The notes: generated from the sequence alone by a model not told the origin. A stretch of 64,000 nucleotides of DNA from Eledone cirrhosa (GCA_964016885.1 OZ024740.1:93310001-93374000), one strand, 5' to 3'; positions 13,319-28,620 are shown, numbered from the stretch's first letter. Numbers and translations: made by a program.

Positions 13319-13624
13319 GATTAATATTAAGAAAAATTAATAATACGAAGAGTTAAAATTTGAGACTTGAAAATTCAAGTATAAAATTCATTGTGGGATT
13401 TCATAGCAGTTTTCATCTAGGTAGCAACAACAGGTTGACTGCTGTGTCCCTTTCTGGTAGTGAATGAGAAGTTATTTGGGGTGTGGGTTATTTTATAAAG
13501 GTCAGATTTAGCAATCGCCAGCTGCTGGTCAGTGAGGGGGTGGAAGCAATATACACACACATATCTTCCTGTGATGGGTAGGAGAGTGGAGCGTGATAGA
13601 AAAGGATTTAGTGCACTTACACCT

Positions 13625-13768
13625 ATATATACACACATACCTTCATCCACACATACATACATATACATATACATATATATATATATATATATACATATAC
13701 ACACATACATACACACACACATACATATACATAAACACATACACACACACACACATATATATACACAT

Positions 13769-13825
<57 letters not shown>

Positions 13826-13894
13826 TATATATACATACACATACATCCAGATACACACATACATATACACACACACACACACATATATATATAT

Positions 13895-13936
<42 letters not shown>

Positions 13937-14270
13937 GCACACCCCCACACATACATATACACACACATATATATATACATACACACATACAAACATACAC
14001 ACACACACACACACACATATATATACACACATACACACACATATATACACACACACACACACGCATATATATATATATATATACACATACGCATACATCC
14101 AGATACCCACATACATACACACATACACACACACACACGCACACACAATACATACATCCACATGCACACACATACTCACACACACACACACACACATACA
14201 TACACCCACACACAGAGAAATGGCCTTCAAATATATATATATATATATATATACATACAGACACATATAT
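13625..14270. repeat. Complex (TA)n/(CA)n microsatellite inside the PLE 3' UTR
   Basis: Direct reading. Confidence 0.9.
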
Positions 14271-14541
14271 TTTTTCCATAATATAAGAAGTTGGGGCAGT
14301 GAAATTAAAATACAAGTCATTCTGATCTTCATGTAGATTGGGCCCCGCAACCGACAGTGGTGAATTCTGTGTGCGCATATATATATAGATATATGTGTGT
14401 GCACGTGCAGGGTTTAACATGGATGTGTTGGTCACACAAAGGCATGGTCTGTCAATGAATAAACCTGATTCTACAGAATTGGTCTCTGGTCTTTAGTAGT
14501 AGTGATTCCGTGCGTATGTGTGTTTATATTTTATGACAATT

Positions 14542-15567
14542 CTATTGGGGTGATAACCCGTTTAGTTTTGGTTTAAATTTGTTAAGGAATAGATTTTCTT
14601 TGTTTATTCTTTGTTGTTGTGTGAACGAAACTGAGCACTTGTAGAAGGGGAAGATTTTAAAGTTGGGTAGTGTCATTCCTGCGCAGTTCGCAATATGGCT
14701 GCTCAAGGGGATTTTTCTTGTGTTAGCGTCCCGGATTTGTTGGCGGTGGATGGTCATTATTTTGCGTAATGAGGTGCCCGTCTGTCCTATGTAGTTGTGT
14801 TTGCACCCACCGCAAGTTATTGCGTAAATCAAGTTCTCCGAGTTGCAGGTGAAATTGTTTTTTACTGTAAATGTTTGGCCATCTTTGAATGTAAATGTTT
14901 GTCCTTCAGTGAGGTAGAGGCACGTTCCACAGTTTGTTCTACCACATTTGGTAACTGTAGGGTTGAGGATTGGTTTGGGTATATTTGGTCCAGTGAGAAT
15001 GCGTTTAAGTGATTTGGGTTGTCTTTTACTTTTAAGGATCTTGTGTGTTTCAAGAATAGACTTCATTTTTACATCTTTAAGTAGGATGGGGAGGTTTTTG
15101 TGTAGGTGATCAAACATTTCGGTATTTCTGGGGTTGAAAGTGGATACATATGGCAGGGTGTTGAGTGTGGTTTTCTGTTTTGGATTGTTAAGTTGATGGG
15201 GATTTAGGTGTTTTGCCCTGTCTATTCCATTGTTGATTATTTCAAGTGGAAAGGCTCTTAAGATAAGGGTGTCTTTTAGTTCCTTTAGTCTTTGCTCCCG
15301 TTTAGGTGGATCTGATACTATGGTACATATACGTTTGGCCAAATTGTAAGGAATGTTAAGTTTTGTATGTTTTGGGTGACTTGATGTGAAAAAGAGGTAT
15401 TGCTTGGAATCTGTGGGTTTATAGAATATATCTGTATCTAATTTCCCGTCTATTACAGAGATGAGAATATCCAAGAAGGCTAATTCCTTAGGATTGGATT
15501 CCATTGTGAATTGTATGTTATTATCTATGTTGTTTATCATGTTTTTAAACGTAGTAAGTGAGTTCAT
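14542..15567 (-). CDS. 5'-truncated PLE ORF: RT C-terminus + Cys-rich linker + GIY-YIG endonuclease (341 aa open)
   Basis: [73 protein letters not shown]. Confidence 0.9.
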   Translation of the reverse strand: MNSLTTFKNMINNIDNNIQFTMESNPKELAFLDILISVIDGKLDTDIFYKPTDSKQYLFFTSSHPKHTKLNIPYNLAKRICTIVSDPPKREQRLKELKDTLILRAFPLEIINNGIDRAKHLNPHQLNNPKQKTTLNTLPYVSTFNPRNTEMFDHLHKNLPILLKDVKMKSILETHKILKSKRQPKSLKRILTGPNIPKPILNPTVTKCGRTNCGTCLYLTEGQTFTFKDGQTFTVKNNFTCNSENLIYAITCGGCKHNYIGQTGTSLRKIMTIHRQQIRDANTRKIPLSSHIANCAGMTLPNFKIFPFYKCSVSFTQQQRINKENLFLNKFKPKLNGLSPQ

Positions 15568-15723
15568 GTCTTCTTGCCGGTCATTTTTTATACCCTTTAT
15601 TATTTCCTTACCTTATAAAATTATGTTTTTTCACAAAAAAGTATTCTGTCTCTTATATATTCCATGTGCCATTACCAACCCCAATTTTCTCTATAACCTT
15701 CGTTTTGTGTAGAAAATTACACT

Positions 15724-15727
<4 letters not shown>

Positions 15728-15778
<51 letters not shown>

Positions 15779-15781
15779 TAC

Positions 15782-15828
<47 letters not shown>

Positions 15829-15869
15829 TACATATATATATATATACATATATACATATATATATATAC

Positions 15870-15956
<87 letters not shown>

Positions 15957-15969
15957 TATATATATATAA

Positions 15970-16018
<49 letters not shown>

Positions 16019-16026
16019 TATATATA
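15728..16026. repeat. (TA)n microsatellite
   Basis: Direct reading. Confidence 0.95.
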
Positions 16027-16847
16027 TTGGTAAACCGAAAAGAAAATGCTGACAAATTGTTCACAGTAAAAAATAGTTTAATTAGTAATAAGTGAGAATT
16101 AGTAATAGTATTGGTTAGTATTCCGTTTGGGTTTGAAGTCTTTCCGGTTGCGCATTTCTAATGCTTTTCAAAAATCATTTTGAGATAGAGAGTCCGGGAT
16201 GTTTGCTCTGATTGTGTGTGTCTAGTAGTGGTAAAGAGGCTCGTTGTTGTGATAATAGTCAGCAGGGATGCGTGTGCGACCGCCCACACTTGTCTTAATA
16301 TGCATTTGAACTGTCAACAGGCTGCGGTTCGCACACACATCCCTGCTGATCATTATCACAACAACGAACCTCTTAACTACTACTAGACACACACACACAC
16401 ATATATGTTTTGAAAGACTTATTTCTCAGTGATTTCTCAATCGGCCAACACAAACCTACATTTAGCGCAAAATCAATTTGTTAACATTCACATGACCTCT
16501 ACCGACCAATCAAAATTGTTTTGACCACAAGAATTTTTGCAACACGAATTGAGGCAAAACTTATGTTAATACCGCTGGAGCCACTTTTTTAACATAAAAA
16601 CCGGTAGAATTCCCAAAACTAATCAGATCAGAGCGAACATCATGGACGCTCTATCTCAACATTATTTTAGAAAAGCATTAGAAATGCGCAACCGGTAAAG
16701 CTTAAAATCAAAACTGAATACTAACCAATACTATTACTAATTCTCACTTATTCCTAATTAAACTATTTTTCACTGTGAACAATTTGTTAGCATTTTCTTT
16801 TCCGTTTACCAATATAACATAACTTGTGTGTTACACCTCTATTCTTT

Positions 16848-16848
<1 letters not shown>
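16025..16848. mobile_element. Double (nested) fold-back insert with HHR-like motif
   Basis: Outer arms 16025-16212 / 16628-16815; inner arms 16213-16283 / 16324-16395. Motif T(T/A)GAAAA-GCATT aga AATGC-GCAA-CCGG in both outer arms. Confidence 0.75.
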
Positions 16849-17777
<929 letters not shown>

Positions 17778-17793
17778 CATATATACATATATA

Positions 17794-17872
<79 letters not shown>

Positions 17873-18101
17873 GGATGGGAGTATATTAGTCAAAAAGAGT
17901 GTCATATTCGATACATATAAAATTGAAACAATATGAACATGTTAAAAATGTTCTTTTAATCAAAGAGAAAGTAAGAACGATGGGTTATCAATTATAAATT
18001 AACACTAGAGAAAAAATAAAGCAAACATAGGTTCGCACGTACGCATATATACATATAAAAATATATATATATGAATACCTACAGGCAAAAGTGCATGCAT
18101 A

Positions 18102-18585
18102 CCTACATGCTCCTGTAGAGTCAAAAGTGAAAGCCCATTACACGGTAAATGCAACACCAAAGCCATTGTATATGCAGCTAAAGTGACAACCATCAGCAAC
18201 AACCTTCCAGCGACCAGCGAACGATATGTGGGTATGACACAAGATAAATTCAAAACGCGTTATTACTCACATGTCGCATCTTTCCGACATCCAGAAAAAA
18301 AGATTTACAACAGCTCTGGCTAGCAGAATATGGGATTTGAAAGACCAAGGTATCGAATATATTTTGGATTGATCAATTTTGAACCAATCTAACGAATATT
18401 CAAGTGGAACAAGAAGATGCACACTCTGCATAAGTGAAAAATATTGGATTTTACAGAACTTTAAATCCCCCAAAACATGCCTAAATACAAAAACAACCAT
18501 TTTCACCAGTTGCCCACACATGAAATCACCCTTGCTTTCCAGCTCATGTAAACTTAAATCACTTTCAGATACTTATCCTCCATAA
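18102..18585 (+). pseudogene. Naiad-type GIY-YIG endonuclease remnant
   Basis: PTCSCRVKSESPLHGKCNTKAIVYAAKV..RYVGMTQDKFKTRYYSHVASF (frameshift) ALASRIWDLK..D*SIL..CTLCISEK..LNTK..CPH. Confidence 0.9.
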
Positions 18586-19744
18586 ACTCTTGTTCTTCAC
18601 TTTCTTTAAATTATCCTCTTTACAGACTCCTCTTTCTGATTTACTTTCATTTTTAACTTTATTTTCATTTTTATTTTCACTTCACTTCTACCAGTGACCC
18701 CCCCCCCCAACGTTTTGATTTACTTACCTAATATCTTCACATTCCACACTTTACTTCCTTATTTTCTTTCATTACCAGATATCACTGTCACTTGCGTTTT
18801 CAACTCCAGATATATTCTGTTGTTTCGCAGCCGCTTTTATATTTATATTTCTCTTTTTCATATGGCTGGTCTATATTTTGTATCTACGCATGTGAGTGTG
18901 CATGCGCCTCCGTATGTGTGCGTGGTGTGTGTCTATATGTGTGAGCATGTGTGTTTTTATGTCTATATTTATACGAGTGTGTGTATAGGTATGTGTATAT
19001 ATATATATATGTATGTGAATATGTATGTATGTGTGTGTTTGCATATATGTATATATATTGTCGCGTACGTACGTGTGCTCAGATATGAGTGTGCCGACAT
19101 ATGTATATATATTTGTGCTTCGTGTGCATGTATGTACGTATGCATGCGCTTTTGCCTGTACGTATTCATATATATATATATATTATATTATATGTATATG
19201 TGCGTACGTGCGAAACTATGTTTGCTTTCTTTTTCTCTAGTGTTAATTTATAATTGAGAACCCCTCCCTCTTACTTTCTCTTTGATTTAAACACATTTTT
19301 TTTTCTTTCTCATATATTGTTTCATTTTTATATGTATCGAATATGACACTCTTTTTGAGTAATACACTCCCTTTCCTTTTTATCTTCCGCATATAAATGA
19401 TCGTGCGTGTGTGTTTATACGCGTGCTTTCATACTCGTATGTGTATATATTTAATAGCTAATTCTGGATGTACATTATTTTTCAACTTATATTATATACG
19501 TATTGGTCACACATAAACTTTTATGCTTGCCCTCATATACGTACTTACGCACACAACCATGTTCACTATGCACATTTGTACATACACACATATGTATATT
19601 TGTGAGGGAATATATACACATTTATACACATATCCTAACTATATTTCCTTATTTTTATATATCTCTTGCTTTATCTCGTTTTGCCCGTTAAACTCTTGCC
19701 TTTCGTTGGGAAATTTTTCAAATATTTCACTAAGTTTTAAATTG

Positions 19745-19820
19745 TCTGGTCCGATGAACGAATGAGGACGTTTTTCGTATTCGTCTCATTCGGGAAACCT
19801 CTGGTAATGAGGTAATTATA
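19745..19820 (+). ncRNA. Hammerhead-like motif with CCGATGA core
   Basis: CCGATGA-A-CGAATGAG gacg..cgt CTCATTCG-G-GAA-ACCTC tggtaat GAGGT-A-atta; 8-bp stem II, 5-bp stem III. Confidence 0.55.
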
Positions 19821-19833
19821 TTATATTGTTTAT

Positions 19834-19864
<31 letters not shown>

Positions 19865-19939
19865 AGAAATTAAAAGATGGTTAAATAAGTTCCATATATT
19901 TTATTATCCGCATTTCGGGGTCCGTCGAGCTGCAGATTG

Positions 19940-20160
19940 CAAAATCTGGTAAGAGCGATACAGATCGAACATTGAGTTTATCAGTGGCGAAACGCGCGTT
20001 GCCAAGCAATAAATGTAATGATGGAGTAACCAATCATCCTTGTTCTCTTTTCAATTCAATACGCTCTGTATAGCTCTACACCTCGACACGGAAGTGAACC
20101 TAAACATCGAGTATTCACCCGGGTTTAACCTACTGTAAATCCAAGTTACACTTCCTGCAC
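19940..20160 (+). mobile_element. Dispersed repeat, probable PLE terminus; second copy inverted at about 62262-62470
   Basis: Shared cgata.agatcgaac.ttgag..gcgaaac.cgc..aatcatccttgt..acacctcg..gaagtgaac..aaacatcgagt..tcacc..gttacac; contains GAA-ACGCGCGT-T. Confidence 0.55.
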
Positions 20161-20196
<36 letters not shown>

Positions 20197-20226
20197 GTAT
20201 TTCTTAATAATTTATATACACCCATA

Positions 20227-20270
<44 letters not shown>

Positions 20271-20273
<3 letters not shown>

Positions 20274-20460
20274 GTTACTACTTTTTGGCACAAGGCCAGA
20301 AATAACTCAGTGCATTACTGGTACTCTATTATATCGACCCTGTAAGGATGAAAGGCAAAGTTAACCTCGGCGGGATGTGAATTCAGGATGGCAAGGGCCG
20401 TAACTCTATGCGTCAAATGTTGTCGTCCGACCCTCTGCCGATACTACCAATCCACCGCCA
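20271..20460 (-). mobile_element. tRNA-derived SINE (octopus type)
   Basis: Minus strand has B-box-like GAATTCACATCCC followed by AACTTTGCCTTTCATCCTT..GGTCGAT..AGTACCAG..TGGCCTTGTGCCAAAAAG. Second copy at 61125-61302. Confidence 0.8.
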
Positions 20461-22433
20461 TATATATATATAGTATCATCATATCATAATATGGATATTT
20501 CGATTCAGCAGAACGTAAATATTTGCATGTGGGCTGATAAATCCGTTTAATTTATGTGTTCTTAACTCACTGGTTTTAGCTATATCTTTCATGTTTTAGT
20601 TATTGCTAACATGATATTAAAGTGATATAATAAAATATCAAACCCCTTCTTTTGTCGATGCCAATCAATCAGTTGTGCGAATCGCAATCGCCTTTATGAA
20701 CATATTTATCGTCATTTACCTTCTGTGTGATGCGCTGACGGACAAATAGTATTATCTACCCGTATGATGGTCAATAAATGCCATTCGAATATTAGTGTGG
20801 ATTTAATGCTGGCACCTCTTCAACAAAATACACATGACATGCTATAAATGTCATACCTAATATATAACTTTACTTTCTTATTTTAGCGAATTCAGAATAA
20901 GTAGATCACATATATAATACCACACCACTTTAGGCTACAATTTGTTTACGTTATGACTTCACTGTGCGCGCACTATATATGAGATTACTGTTAATTATTC
21001 CAGAGATATTTCCACACCAAATGATATACTAGCGAACTCATAATAAGTGATGTTACACTTGTATCAAAATAAAAAAAAGACTTAGCTTAATGTCAATAAA
21101 GGCGTGTTGAACTAATTGACTGTATACCCTCTAATATGAATGGATGCTGTACAAAATAAGGATTGTTTAAACGCAAAATTATGTTAAGAAATTAATTTGC
21201 AAGTCCCTGTTGAAATATACTAATTCCTTACACTTAATTCCCATGATTCACATCTAAAAGCAGTGTCCTGATATGTGTCCCAAAGCGAATATTTAAGAAC
21301 AATTTCTACATATTTCTTTTAATATTTAATAATGTAAAATAGAATATTGTATTTAGAGAGTGCATCGCTAAATAGAAAAGTTTGTATTAATAAACTCATA
21401 AAATGACTGGTTCCTCACATTGTGTCTTTTTATAACAGATGGCACAATAATAGTATGCGCTTCATTTGGATCTATATTTAATGTCATATAGTTTATCTCT
21501 TGTATTTTACCGAAATTTCTTCGTATTTCTTACTTAAAAATTATGTTTATCTACATTATTTCTTCTACAAGAATTTCATTCATTTTTTCTTGTTTGATAC
21601 AGTTGTACGCTAGTGGCTACTTCCTATAGCTATCTTTATCTCATTTGATTTCGGCGTTCGGTTTAATATAAATTTAATGTTCACAGATCAGCGAGTCGTA
21701 CTGAAGTGTAACCGACAGCGGGCGGAATAGATAATAAGATGATAGTCGCAACTCCTCAATCAAAACTCTCGGAACAAAGATTTTAAAAGAAAATGAAAAT
21801 AACTGGACAATTTATACAATTCTGTGTTTGTCTTTTGCTTTTGTCGGCGAATCTGTCACACACGATCAATATATTCAATTTTGATAATTTATGAGTACAT
21901 TTCCCTTTTGTCATAAAAGAATAAATTTTGTTCGTTTTCCATGTAATTCATAATTCTAATCAAGATATTTGTAACAAATGAAGTAGCATCGGACAATCGG
22001 GAAATGAAAAAAAAATATTAATGAGCTTTCATTTATATAGTTAATCTCTTTAGATTGAATGATTGGAAGACGTAAATGAACAAGCTGGTAAACAAAGATG
22101 GTTTGGCCAGTTGCATCTTATATTATGTATCTGGGCTTATACATTTTGTAGGTTATACGAGTTGTGTCCTTCGTACTAAGTCTGATAACAAAATATGAGA
22201 TAGAACATTTTTTAGAATCTCATATTTTTCATTATTCTCTGTATTCCACGACTAAATGCATCCGTCGGTGGGCTATTAAAACACAATCCGTTAGATTCAC
22301 ATTTAACTAAAAATTATTAAAACTATGAAAGAGATAAATATATGTATGTGTTATGTTGCATTTGATATCAATATCTATACATACATTGGTATAATCTATT
22401 TCATTTCTAATCTGAATTCGAGTTATATATACA

Positions 22434-22504
22434 GAGAGAGAGAGAGAGAGAGAGAGGGAGGGAGGGAGAGGGAGAGCTAGATTGAGATAGAGAGAGAGAG
22501 AGAG
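22434..22504. repeat. (GA)n microsatellite
   Basis: Direct reading. Confidence 0.9.
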
Positions 22505-22796
22505 TCAGGGGATAAGATAGTATGTGGTGCTGAGACGTGGGACACTACTAATTATAGGTGTACTTACAGCATGGCGAGATATATATCGGGTATAGTGATA
22601 TGTAACATCCCTGCCGAAGAGCCAAGCTGTTTCAGTGTGTATGTGCGTGCGTGTGGCAACAAGTCTGGAAAAAACGGCTGAGTTGTTGCCGTTTCGACAA
22701 TACCATTCCTGAATGAAATTTGCAGTCAAAAGAGCAACAGCTGAATGTCGGGTCCCTGATTCATAAATAAACTTACACTCTATTATACCAGGTATC

Positions 22797-22843
22797 GAGT
22801 ATGCTGATGAATTATAGTATTATCAGTTGAAACCGGTATAATC
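22797..22843 (+). ncRNA. Minimal hammerhead motif with intact core, decayed stems
   Basis: CTGATGA (22804) ..GAAA-CCGG-TA (22829-22838); palindromic stem III ACCGGT; stems I and II imperfect. Confidence 0.5.
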
Positions 22844-23598
22844 CTGATATAGCTATATCATGTTGGACGCGTTTTTGTTTGGTTGACTTTTAGTATGAGT
22901 ATTTTTAATGTGTTGGTGATAGATTAAATGCGGAAGTATTGTGATCGTGTCTGAAACGTGACTTTGAATAATTAAGAACCAACTATTACAGAAGTTCTAA
23001 ATAAGTATTGACGAAGCATATTATTGTAATGGGCATCTTCGATTTAATATGAAGGAACATGTCCAGAGAACGATCTGCATAGAGACAGCCTATCTAGAAG
23101 GTGAACTTTTATAATAAGTAATTGCTATTCATCGAAAATTCGAAAACCAGTATGAGTTTATCAACACACAATTTATTCGTCATCAATGTTCATTCCATTT
23201 CGAATCCAATAAGTTATATTAATAATTCACAATTGAAATAGAGAAAGAAAGCTAAGTTTAATATAATTGTATGTATGTATGCTCGATGATAGATGTAAAG
23301 CTTGTCAATATATAGCAGAACGTTTTTATTTTATAATTCCCGTTGTTATGACATGAAGCAGAATACAAAGGACACTGATTCGTTCATATTTTAATACTGA
23401 ATATGAAATACAACCCATGAAATCATTTTGTTAAATTCACAATATATGTTTCATTTTAAGAAATGTATATATGAATGTAACTAAATAGTCTAAATCATAT
23501 TCTATATTTGCCTGTGTATATGCGTATGTATCAATTATTGTGTACACAGACATAAACACCCATACATACAAACCCAAATACAAACAGACACATATATT

Positions 23599-23635
<37 letters not shown>

Positions 23636-23640
<5 letters not shown>

Positions 23641-24473
23641 TAAAATAACAGATTAAAGTTTAAGCAAAGAATCGCTGCTTTCACCCTTAAGAGGAGATTC
23701 ATTCGGATTCCTAGTGAGAATTTTAGTCTACGACTTCAGCTATACCATTTACGTGGTTTTGTCTTTGCGTGCAATTGTTCTCTACGCTCCACATATGACC
23801 TATTATCTTCGTTTTTTCAGTTCGTTGCCAGAGAACGTCTCTATGAACCATCTAAGAGAACATTAGTCTACGATTTCTTTTATACCATAAACGTGGTACT
23901 GTCTTTGCGCGTAATTGTTTTTCACCGCTCCTATTAATGACGTATTATATTCGTTTTTTCCCGTTCTTTGCCAGGGAACGTTTCCACGAACCAAAGTATC
24001 GTCTTCCTTTCTTCTTCCGGTTGCAACGTTTTTTTCAAATATCCACTTCTGCGTTTATAGATTGACTTTGTTAGTTTCAGAAGATCCCGTTAAGAGTGAA
24101 AGCAGCGATTCTTTGCTTAAACTTTAATCTGTTATTTTAATAAATATTTGCTCTACGGTTTTATATATTTGATATATATTTATCCTTATCGAGCCCTCTT
24201 TGGATTTTAATATTCAAATTTATTATTATTACTATATATATATATATATATATTTATTAAAATAACAGATTAAAGTTTAGGTAAAGAATCGCTGCTTTCA
24301 CCCTTAACGGGATCTTCTGAAACTCGTTAAGGGTGAAAGCAGCGATTTTTGCTTAAACCTTAATCCGTTATTTTAATAAATATTTGCTCTACGGTTCTTA
24401 TATATTTGATATATATTTATCCTTATCGAGCCCTCTTTGGAACTTAATCTTCAAATTTATTATTATTACTATA
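23636..24473. mobile_element. Two adjacent fold-back inserts of one HHR-bearing family
   Basis: 23636-23690 is inverted at 24090-24144. 24253-24324 is an inverted copy followed by a direct copy at 24325-24473. Internal 140-bp tandem duplication 23716-23855/23856-23995. (TA)n separators. Confidence 0.8.
24073..24123 (+). ncRNA. Hammerhead-like motif with CAGAAGA core (second copy 24274-24324, minus strand)
   Basis: AGTTT-CAGAAGA-T-CCC gttaa G(A/G)G-T-GAA-AGCA gcgattctt TGCT-T-AAACT; perfect 5-bp stem I, 4-bp stem III. Confidence 0.65.
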
Positions 24474-24478
24474 CATAC

Positions 24479-24510
<32 letters not shown>

Positions 24511-26899
24511 GCATATATACATATACAGATACAAGTAGCATTGAATTTTAATTTAAATCTACTATGTGTTTCGTTTTTTCATGCTCCACTTATTTTGTGA
24601 ATGGTTGGTTAAATAAAATATCTACTTAAATTAATTCATTGTAAGATGTACGCTTCAGAAATATTCTAGTGTGCACAGAGTTGAAATATATTTCAACATC
24701 ACTAACAATCCTATCTTCCGCCAAAGTATTTCATAACATAAACCTGTTATGCTATGCTTTGATATCGTAGTAATTTTAATATTTGTTTTATCTATATATA
24801 AATATTCTAAAATTCACTTTGAATGGTTTATAACGACACCAAGCTCCGTATTTTACTAGGCAAATGAGAGAATCTCCAAAATTGAATATAATGGTTATTA
24901 TAGATTGTATTATGAATACGGATAATGATATATTTAAAAATTCATGGAATTCATAAATTGCTAAATGTTGATTGAGGGTTAACAAATATCTATGTAATGT
25001 TAACTGTTGAAAGCCTTCCTTTTTTTCATCCATGATATTATCAGAATTATTTGTTTCAAAAATATTACTCACGTTCACAATATTCCTCTAAGTGTAATAG
25101 TCACTATTGGGAATATGATGTGTCACTATCGATGTCACATTAATGTGCACTTAGAAAGTATATTAGAGATTTGACTCTAATTTCATGTTAGATAATTGAA
25201 TCTTATGTGTGCATGTTTTATTTACATCTCTTTTTATTACCTTTCAAAATACATGACTACCACTTATGTGTGCATAATTGTGTAATAAGCTACAATAACT
25301 TTGATTAGATTTTGACAAGGGCTAGCTAATCATGTATTTTGTAGTGATGATAATAATAGCGAAATGTATGGTGAATATATCCGATTCCATATATACCAGT
25401 TCATCAACACACACTCAGTTTCTAGTTATGTCATTATCACAGTTGAACATTTGTAACGCACAAATCGACTCGTAAACGCCCAAAACCACATACAAACCAG
25501 AATCTAAATTTAAAAATTGAAACTATGAAAAAGAAAATTCTTAAATCAAGGTAGGACGCAGTCTTACGACATTACCCTATAATGTAATCAGACCATAGAA
25601 TTGTGTATTGTGAAATTGTTGCATTATTTCCGTACAGTAATGGGAGGAACACAACGCAAAAATCTGTTAAAATAGCAAAGATTCGTCAATGACAGCGTCG
25701 TTTAAAGTTTACATCAACTGATACAAATCAGCGACAAAAAGTGTGTTGGCCTGAAGAAGTGATAGGAGGAAAGGAGAAAATGAAGAAAATGAATGAGAAA
25801 AGATTACAGAAATATATAAATATACACCTCAGCGTTTAGACCACCTGTGGTTTCGACGATTTGAATAAAGATACCATGAAAAATAGACAGCTACTGCAAC
25901 GTTGAATTATATATCTCTATTGGTATGATGTTTGTGTGGGGACTGAGCAGATTAGATAAATATAGATGCACGTGAGATAGAGATAGAAAAATAAAATCCG
26001 TCCACACGGCATCAGATCGCTGTTAGGAAAGGCAACGTCAAAAACTCTGGTTGCAGAGTCGGGAGTAAGGAGAGGTAAAGAGTTTCATTCATGTCTCATC
26101 TCCTGGTCAGTTTTTTCCTTATTTTATCACCTCGAGGTGGTCTGTGTTGATGAAAATATTTTTCTAACGAAATCATAGCAGCTCGTGTGTTTATTAGATT
26201 GTATTAGCTTTCTGGTCGAACAATATGATATATCATATATATACACCAAATGCTATTATGCCGAGAAAATCAGTATTAATTCTTCTTTACACTCATTCTT
26301 ATGAAACCAGATTAACATCAGTATTAATTCTGCTTTAAACTAATTGTTATGTAACCAAATTACCACATTACGCTTCTGTTTCACCTCATGTCAAAAGCAT
26401 CATTCTGTGGAATATTATCAAACCTATCTGTACAAATACCAACACAATATGTTAGTTATGAAGATATTGTTGCACCACAACCCTTCCTTTTCAACATTGG
26501 TGAAACACAATTATTTGGCTTCATTGTCAGTAGTATCTCTCCTTGAAGGACACATCCTAGAGATATATACCAAAGGCTGAATTTTCAATACAGAGAATGA
26601 ATTTATTCCAATGTGTAAACTTGTCTGAAATATATAAATGATGGACAGAACCACGAAAGATTAATGCTCCGAAAAGCCAGAGCTTCTTGGTACTTTCTAA
26701 CAGGCATCTTAGACTGTATCCAGAAAAACGATAATTTGACAGTTTGGAATAAACGTCATAAAAAACACGCTTACTTTCTAAACCCTAAACATGCTCTCTC
26801 TTGCTCATGTTTATAGCACTATTTCAAGCTGTATAATCTCATCGGTGCTAGTGTCTGTGTCATGGTCCTACCATTGAGGCACAACTTATTTACGCTTCC

Positions 26900-27095
26900 C
26901 TTCTCGATATATGTTGTCCTTCAGCCACCAAGTTACACTTCACCGGCATTCCAGTATTTTGGGATTCCAATCCCGAACTTCTGTTTGTTGCAGTCGTAGA
27001 TGTTCAATATTTTGCAAGGAAATATTGCGTATCTCTTTCACCGATCTCGGACACTACCACTATCGGGACCAATGTACGTATTTCAATTTCTAGCA
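26900..27095 (-). mobile_element. Possible very old R4/Dong-like LINE 3' remnant
   Basis: Minus-strand LVPIVVV and LQQT..KIL resemble the C-terminus of the 48249-48840 fragment; weak. Confidence 0.25.
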
Positions 27096-28620
27096 TATAA
27101 AAGAATCCAACATCAAGAGTTAATACTTACAAAACTAAGAAATTTGTTCTTAATAATTTAATAGTTTGTTATATAATATTATTTGGACAAATATACTTCA
27201 ACATATCTTATATAAAGCGTTGCCAACGTATCTTAATTTAATATAAAGGTGTACTTATTTACTTTTCTAATTCTGCTGATAATAGCCTAGAACGGAATAG
27301 ACAACTCGTAGAGTATTTTGTGAACATGATTTTGTAGTTTCAGGGTAATTACATTGCACTGAAATACATTTGTTTCTTAGAACACTATTTAGAAGAAAAA
27401 TGTTGTTACAAAATCTGATGAGCAGATTTCAGAATCGTTTGATCAAACGATAAAATATCTGAAAATGAAGCTATATTTGTTACATTATGTATCTACACAC
27501 GCATTCTGAAGCACTACACTTGACTTATCGTATAAGATGAACGAATACACAAGAAGCTAAATTTAAAAGAAATGTTCATTAATAAAGGAAGACATTATTT
27601 CAAACATTTTGATATTAACTGAATATTTTTAACATAATACGTATTACAACGGAACATTATATATAACGTAAGCTGAACGAAGAAGCTATGTATATATTAA
27701 TACAAAAATACCTACAATTAATATAATACTACTGACGATTTCAGTTGAGCGCTCTCAATATTTTCCCAGGCAAGTATTTATTTAATAAAGACATAGAATT
27801 ACCGAGTGTTGTGTAGATGCTATTTCAAAGATATGCTAACGTATATAGAATTGATTCTAACAAAAATGTGTAATTTAAATAAGGATGCGATGCAATGTTG
27901 TCTTATTTAATTATATACTGTGATACATAGGTATTTGGCTGTGAATTGTAACTATGATAATAATTTCATTATAATTTAGACATCTAATTAATCATACACC
28001 AGAGATTAATCAGATGTCTAACATAGTTCTCATGAAATCGCTTGAGTTCAGGAAACCGTGACTGATTCTCCGCCAAATCCATGTTCTAATTATGCGCGGA
28101 TATACGAAAATTATACATGCTATTTTCAAATGCAGACAGGTTCAACATGTGTAACAGTGGTTTAGCTTTCAAACACTGGACATGAACACATTTCGGCAAT
28201 ATTCAGATTGATGAGAGGGGTTCTTGGTAATGTAACGCAACTTATCTCGTTTTGTACAGGTACAATGATGGAACAACATTGGCGATGTTAGGCGAGGAGA
28301 GCAATTATATCTCGCGAGCAACATTTGAGAATAAAAGAATATCAGTGCATGTGATACTTTGAAATGAATGAGGGCCGTTCCTTGGCGTATTTATGTATAT
28401 CTCCCCTTGTTTTGTGGATTGGAAAGAAAAGCTGGGGAAGTATATGTGCCTGTTCTGTGAAATGTAGATGCAAACAGATATGTTTATTTAAATATTCTTC
28501 AAGCTAAATCTCAAATTGGTTTTCGAATGACCACATATATAAACAAAAACGGCAATTATATATACTTATTTATTTCGCTAGTTGTCTATCTAACCAACCT
28601 TCTACCTACACAAACACACA

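Larger units (their letters stand above)
13166..15728 (-). mobile_element. Neptune-type Penelope-like element, 5'-truncated, with an inverted copy of its 3' end
   Basis: Stop-free RT-thumb + GIY-YIG frame. 13166-13281 is identical to the reverse complement of 15577-15692 (116 bp). HHR near the 3' end; (TA)n on both sides. Confidence 0.9.
17871..19835 (+). mobile_element. Naiad-type PLE 3' fragment with inverted 5' segment
   Basis: 17871-18108 is inverted at about 19128-19376; GIY-YIG remnant 18102-18585; HHR-like motif at 19745-19820. Confidence 0.85.

Noticed and set aside
23716-23995. Repeat pair as a CRISPR-like array
   Set aside because: Only a two-unit 140-bp tandem duplication, with no spacers, in a eukaryotic context
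24788-25078. Resemblance to a Cys-loop/chemotactile receptor or GPCR N-terminus (LHRYLL..LNISLSV..QSII)
   Set aside because: No RP motif, Cys loop or downstream transmembrane helices, and an upstream in-frame stop; similarity is not supportable
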